DNA of 64,000 nucleotides from the human T2T-CHM13v2.0 reference genome, Homo sapiens, in NCBI RefSeq assembly GCF_009914755.1, contig NC_060943.1. The stretch is one strand, 5' to 3'. The position numbers and the translations under genes are program-made. Below are positions 55,564 to 64,000 of this stretch, piece after piece. The notes under the pieces are model-generated. The model was not told the origin of the DNA. It saw only the letters and a program-made list of their open reading frames with translations, and searched no databases. Each line of letters starts with the position of its first letter. The first letter of the stretch is position 1.

Positions 55564-56549
55564 TCAGGCAGAAAAGAGTATCATAAGCAAAGAGCCCCAG
55601 AGTAAGGGATTCCCATACCTGGTATCCAAGATGCTCCCAAGAATACAAAACTAGCAGAAAAAAGTGTTTCTATTTTGGCTCCCTCACTCATGGGAATGAA
55701 ATTGCTTAGAGAATAGAGTTAGAACGGAGTGATTAATTTAATGAGCATTCATGAGAATTCAACCTCTAAGTCTGATAGTAAATATGCCCCTTACACCTGT
55801 TACTTACTGCTCAAATGTTCCAGGAAGCAGGGAGTTCGACTTTCAGAGGACTTATGCCCAAGGCCACATCTCTGTCCATCCCTGAAGCTGAGTTGAACCT
55901 CCATCACCCAGGGAAGAAAGGACCTAGGGAACTAGAGGCTCAGCAATGCCCTGGAGCATCTGAGGTGGGGAACAGGTATGGAGGCAGGCAGAGCTCTCAA
56001 AGGAAGAACTTTGGCGGTGTAAATGGGGACAGTGTGGTGAGGACAGTCCATTCACTTAAAGCATCCTGCACAATGAATTCCTGTGTCTCTCTTAGCTCTT
56101 CCTCTTAGCTCCCTCTCAGGTGTCTTCCTCTCTCTTCCAGGACCAAATTCTGAGGCTCTTTCGCCTTCCTAATAAAAATTGACGTGTTAGCTTCTAGTAT
56201 CTCTCAAAAGTTTCTTACCCAGCCATCTTAGCTGTTTTTCTGGAGCCATTTAAAGTGCTTCCAAGAAATAAAATAAGAAAAACAAAAAAGAAAAAGAAAA
56301 AATAATAAAAATGCTTCCATTCTCCTGTATCAAAGATGCTCCTATGTTGTTTACCCATAATATCTTACTCAGTTACTCATTCATTCATTCACTTAAGAAA
56401 CATTCCCTGAGATTTCATAGTTAGCACTCGCAAGCCCATTGCATACATCTTCTGACATTAGTTTACTTAATATTTCTGTGTCTCAGTCTCCATATCTGTA
56501 AAATGAGTATAATAGTCATATCCATTTCATGGGGTTAAGATGAGAATTA

Positions 56550-57560
56550 AATTAGATCTACCCTATGATCCACTAATCCCACTGCTGCGTATATATTCAA
56601 AAGAAAGGAAATCCATATATCGTTTTTGTTTTTGGTTGTTGGTTTTTTGGTTTTGGGTTTTTGGTTTTTTGAGACGGAGTTTTGCTCTGTCACCCCAGCT
56701 GGAGTGAAGTGGCGTGATCTCAGCTCACTGCAGCCCCCACCTCCCAGGTTCAAGTGATCCTCTTGCCTCAGCCTCCTGAGTAGCTGGGATTGCAGGCACC
56801 CGCCACCACACCCAGCTGATTTTTGTATTTTTAGTAGAGATGGGCTTTCTCCATGTTGGCCAGGCTTGTCTTGAACTACTGACCTCAGGTGATCCACCCA
56901 CCTCGTCTTCCCAAAGTGCTGAGATTACAGGTGTGAGCCACCATGCCCAGCCTGGAAATCTGTATATCAAAGAAATATCTGTACTTCCATGTTTATTGCA
57001 GTGCTATTCACAATATCCGAGATATGGAATCAACCTAAGTGTTCATCACTAGATGAATGGATAAAGAAAATGTGGTACCTAAACGAAGGAATACTATTCA
57101 GAATGAAATCCTGCCAGTTGCTGCAACAGGGATGAGACTGGGGGTCATTATGCTAAGTGAAATAAGCCAGGCACAGAAAGACAAATATTGCATATTCTCA
57201 CTCATATGTGAGAGCTAAAACATGTTGATCTCATGGAGGTAGAATGTAGAATGATAGTTATCAGAGAGTGGGAAGGGTGTGGGGTGATGAGGTGAGATTG
57301 ACTCATGGGCATAAAAATACAGTTAGAAGGAATACTTTCTAGTGTTTGACAGCACAGTAGGGGACTATAGTTAACAATAATTTATTGTATATTTCAAAAT
57401 AGCAAGAAGAGATTTGAAATGTTCCCAACACAAATAAATGATAAATGTTTGAGGTGATGGATATGCTAATTACTCTGCTGTGATCATTATATATTGTATG
57501 CATATATCAAAATAGCCCATGTACCCCATAAGTATATACAATTATTATGTATCAATTTTT
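56550..57560 (+). mobile_element. L1MA 3' end with nested Alu (56625-56953, -)
   Basis: L1MA ORF2 end/3'UTR wording. Confidence 0.7.
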
Positions 57561-57605
57561 TAAATAACTATAATAAATATTTTAAATTAAAATGAGGATT
57601 AAATT

Positions 57606-58237
<632 letters not shown>

Positions 58238-58499
58238 GCATAATTTTTTAATAGTCTCCAAGATCTAGTGAACACCTACTCATGTTAATTATTATTAGTG
58301 CATTATTATAAACACATTTTCATTCATTAAATCAAAAAAATTGTGATGATGGTCAAATGAACTAAGACATATAAAATATATGACAAGTGCTTGACATGCA
58401 AAAGTCCTTAATAGATTTTAGCTATTATTACTTTTATTTGTTGAGTATTTACAAGTTTCCAGTCCCTGTTCCAGGAATTTTATATTCTTGGATTTTTTT

Positions 58500-59165
58500 T
58501 AATTTCTTTTTAACTTTTAAGTTCAAGGGTACATGTGCAGTTTTGTTATATAGGTAAATGTGTGTCATGAGGGTTTGTTGTACAGATTATTTCATCACCC
58601 AGGTGTTAAGCCTAGTACCCATTAGTTATTCTTCCTGATCCACTCCCTCCTCCCCTACTCCACCCTCCAATAGGCCCCAGTGTGTGTTGTTTCCCTCTAT
58701 GTGCCCATGTGTTCTCATCATTTAGCTCCCACTTATAAGTGAGAACATGTGATATTTGGTTTTCTGTTCCTGTGTTAGTTTGCTAAGGATAATGGCCCCC
58801 AGCTCCATCCATGTCCCTGCAAAGGACATGGTCTTGTTTTTTGCTATGGCTGCCTAGTATTCCATGGTGTATATGTGCCACATTTTCTTTATCCAGTCTA
58901 TCATTGATGGGTATTTAGGTTGATTCCATGTCTTTGCTATTGTGAATAGTGTTGCAATGAACATACTCATGCATGTGTCTTTATAAAAGAAGGATTTATA
59001 TTCCTTTGGGTATATACGCAGTAATGGGATTGCTGGACCAAATGGTATTTCTATCTTTAAATCTTTGAGGAATAACCACACTGACTTCCACAGTGGTTGA
59101 ACTAATTTACACTCCCTTCAACAGTGTATAAGCTGTTCCCTTTTCTCCACAACCTCACCAGCATC
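58500..59165 (-). mobile_element. L1PA 3' end
   Basis: ORF2 C-terminus translation (EIPFGPAIPLL...WIKKMWHIYTMEY) and 3'UTR. Confidence 0.85.
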
Positions 59166-60176
59166 CATGCTTGTTAATGTTTGAAATGATGGAGATGTAT
59201 TTTTAAGAGATTCAACTGTACATATGAATGCTACTTTTATTTTTCCTTGGACTCAATTTTTTGTTAATTTTTATTTTTGAATAATTTGGATTTACAGAGT
59301 AGTTACAAAGAGAGTACAGAGTTCCCATAATTCCCTTACCTATTCCTATGGGAACTAGGTAAAAGCAATGGTTGAAAAACATTCTGAATGTCCCTCTGAA
59401 TGCCACCTTAGAATGGCTACTGCTTTTTACAGATTTGTTTTGTTTCAGCTGCCTTATTAAAATCATAAATTACAAAACTCTAGGGTTATTCTATTTAAAA
59501 AAGAAGAAGAAAAAGAAGAATGCCAACTCCTACCATAAATTTTAAAAGGATCCTAAAATTTCAAACCAATGCAATAAGACCTAAAAGAGAAATAGGTGTT
59601 ATTAATTAGTATTATTTGGAGAAAATAGATGAATTTTAGAGAAAAACATGAAACTAAGAAGAAAACCCAGAAAAAGAATATGGCACCTCTTCAATACAAA
59701 AAAATCAAATGACTTCCTAATATAATACCAATAGCAGAGATGTTATGTGGGGGGGTATTACATTAAAATATTAAGAAATTAACATAATCTATATGTGTAT
59801 TTTTAACACGTGAACAAAAATGTCTACCCAAAAAAGGATTAAAATATGCAGAGGAACATTTCTGCTACTGGAATGAGAATTTGAACATAATAAAGATGTC
59901 AATTTCTCTCCAAATTAATTGATAACTTTAATGTAATCTCCAATAAAATTCCAATGGTATTTTTCTTGCAACATGGCTAGAGGATTCTAAAGCTCATCTG
60001 GGAGGATAAACTGGCACATCAGAAATAAAATTATGAAAGAAACAATACTAAGCAAATTTCTCAACTCAATGTTTAAGTATATTTTGAAGATAGACAATTA
60101 AAAATATGGAACAAAAGATTTGATACCCTGCTTGCTGTCATGGCACAGATGACCATTTAAAATTATCTATTTATAA

Positions 60177-60510
<334 letters not shown>

Positions 60511-60916
60511 GGAAATGTCTTAATTAAAAAAAAAAACAACAACAACTGAGAAAGGCCATTTACAGATTAACCTAAGAGAAGAAAATATAAAACTATAGTT
60601 AATCAAAAACTTTCTTTGTCTTTAAGAAAACTTAGAAAGTAAGTAAATGTCCAACATGGACAAGTTTTAAAGAGCCATTTCTGTATGGCAGAATATTTTG
60701 ATCTGATGGAATCAGATGATGGAAAATGGGGATAAAATTTAATTCTATATCTAGAAACTCTAGGGCTTTTCTATTTCAAAGTTCCATTTTTGTTGAGTTT
60801 AGCTAGGGAGATTGATAATATAAATGAAATGTAAACAATGATGATTAAAAACAGTGGTTATTATTTTTTAGCAGAAGGGGCATCCAAGATCCAGAGGATT
60901 TAACATGTAGACATTA

Positions 60917-61063
<147 letters not shown>

Positions 61064-61148
61064 CTAAAACAAAATGAAAAATAAATTACAGGAATGCAGC
61101 ACAATAGAAGAAAAAGCCTTCTGAGGATTGACAATCTGCCTAGAATTA

Positions 61149-62075
<927 letters not shown>

Positions 62076-62275
62076 GATGTAGAGATGACTTCTCCAGGTA
62101 GCGATGGTAACTGTAACTTGTCGGCAAAGAAATCCAATAATTAGCCAAAATGCATGATTTCTTGAGTTCCCTGGGTTTGAATAAAGGATATTGCAGTCAT
62201 TCTGGGGAATGCTTATTTGGAGTAAATTTTGTGTGGCTGTTTTTTTTCCTCCTTCTCGGCAAACCCAGCGGCCCC

Positions 62276-63238
62276 ATGGAAAGAGGAAACCAAACAGAAG
62301 TTGGAAACTTTCTCCTCCTGGGATTCGCAGAGGACTCTGACATGCAGCTTCTCCTCCATGGGCTGTTCCTCTCCATGTACCTGGTTACCATCATCGGAAA
62401 CCTGCTCATCATCCTGACCATCAGTTCAGACTCCCACCTCCACACCCCCATGTACTTCTTCCTCTCCAACCTGTCCTTTGCTGACATCTGTTTCACATCC
62501 ACGACTGTCCCAAAGATGCTGGTGAATATCCAAACACAAAGCAAAATGATCACTTTTGCAGGCTGCCTCACTCAGATATTTTTTTTCATTGCATTTGGAT
62601 GCCTGGACAATTTGCTCCTGACCATGACGGCCTATGACCGCTTCGTGGCCATCTGTTACCCCCTGCACTACACGGTCATCATGAACCCCCGGCTCTGTGG
62701 ACTGCTGGTTCTGGGGTCCTGGTGCATCAGTGTCATGGGTTCCTTGCTTGAGACCTTGACCATTTTGAGGCTGTCCTTCTGCACAAATATGGAAATTCCG
62801 CACTTTTTTTGTGATCCTTCCGAAGTCCTGAAGCTGGCCTGTTCTGACACCTTCATCAATAACATCGTGATGTATTTTGTGACCATTGTCCTGGGTGTTT
62901 TTCCTCTCTGTGGAATCCTATTCTCTTATTCTCAGATTTTCTCCTCCGTCCTAAGAGTATCATCTGCCAGAGGCCAGCACAAAGCCTTTTCCACCTGTGG
63001 TTCCCACCTCTCAGTGGTCAGCTTGTTCTATGGCACTGGCCTTGGGGTCTATCTCAGTTCTGCAGTTACACCACCTTCTAGGACAAGTCTGGCAGCCTCG
63101 GTGATGTACACCATGGTCACCCCCATGCTGAACCCCTTCATCTACAGCCTGAGGAACAAGGACATGAAGGGGTCACTGGGGAGACTCCTCCTCAGGGCAA
63201 CGTCTCTCAAAGAGGGGACCATTGCTAAGCTCTCATGA
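62276..63238 (+). CDS. OR7C2: Olfactory receptor 7C2 (320 aa from MERGNQT)
   Basis: Complete ORF with all OR motifs ([38 protein letters not shown]); start placed at MERGNQT (N-glycosylation NQT) rather than upstream ATG 62150. Confidence 0.93.
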   Translation: MERGNQTEVGNFLLLGFAEDSDMQLLLHGLFLSMYLVTIIGNLLIILTISSDSHLHTPMYFFLSNLSFADICFTSTTVPKMLVNIQTQSKMITFAGCLTQIFFFIAFGCLDNLLLTMTAYDRFVAICYPLHYTVIMNPRLCGLLVLGSWCISVMGSLLETLTILRLSFCTNMEIPHFFCDPSEVLKLACSDTFINNIVMYFVTIVLGVFPLCGILFSYSQIFSSVLRVSSARGQHKAFSTCGSHLSVVSLFYGTGLGVYLSSAVTPPSRTSLAASVMYTMVTPMLNPFIYSLRNKDMKGSLGRLLLRATSLKEGTIAKLS

Positions 63239-63899
<661 letters not shown>

Positions 63900-64000
63900 T
63901 TCTTTTATACATATTAAAGCATCTCTTCCCTTGCATCTTCCTTTGGAACGTTTCCTGCCCTTGCTACTGCTAATAAAGTTATATAGGATCACCCTTTTTG

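Noticed and set aside
62150-62275. 42-aa N-terminal extension of OR7C2
   Set aside because: Runs through the polypyrimidine tract; canonical OR start is MERGNQT

Overview
Human genomic DNA (Alu/L1-rich; contains an AluYa5, so human) from an OR7 olfactory receptor cluster, recognised as the chr19p13 OR7A17-OR7C2 interval. It holds two recognisable intact single-exon OR CDSs (OR7A17 on -, OR7C2 on +), a third full-length 309-aa OR7A ORF (26841-27770, -, with a DRY->DQF change), three disrupted OR7A pseudogenes and one internal OR7A fragment. Pseudogene symbols are from my recollection of cluster order and are unverified. Comparing paralogues by eye shows each OR7A unit is a ~10 kb duplicon: promoter plus 5' exon 1, a conserved 50-nt 5'UTR micro-exon, an acceptor 13 nt before ATG, the CDS, and a long 3' flank. 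The left units are on - and the right units on +. I found no wholly new gene system. The notable observations are: a tailless U5 snRNA 5' fragment inserted with a 16-bp TSD inside an OR CDS; a FLAM monomer that duplicated the OR7A17 start codon and created a uORF; several locally templated (mostly inverted) DNA insertions in the 5' regions of the pseudogenes; an intact-ORF receptor apparently lacking its own 5' exons; and a tail-to-tail AluY/AluYa5 inverted pair ~25 bp apart. Repeat boundaries are approximate unless TSDs are quoted.
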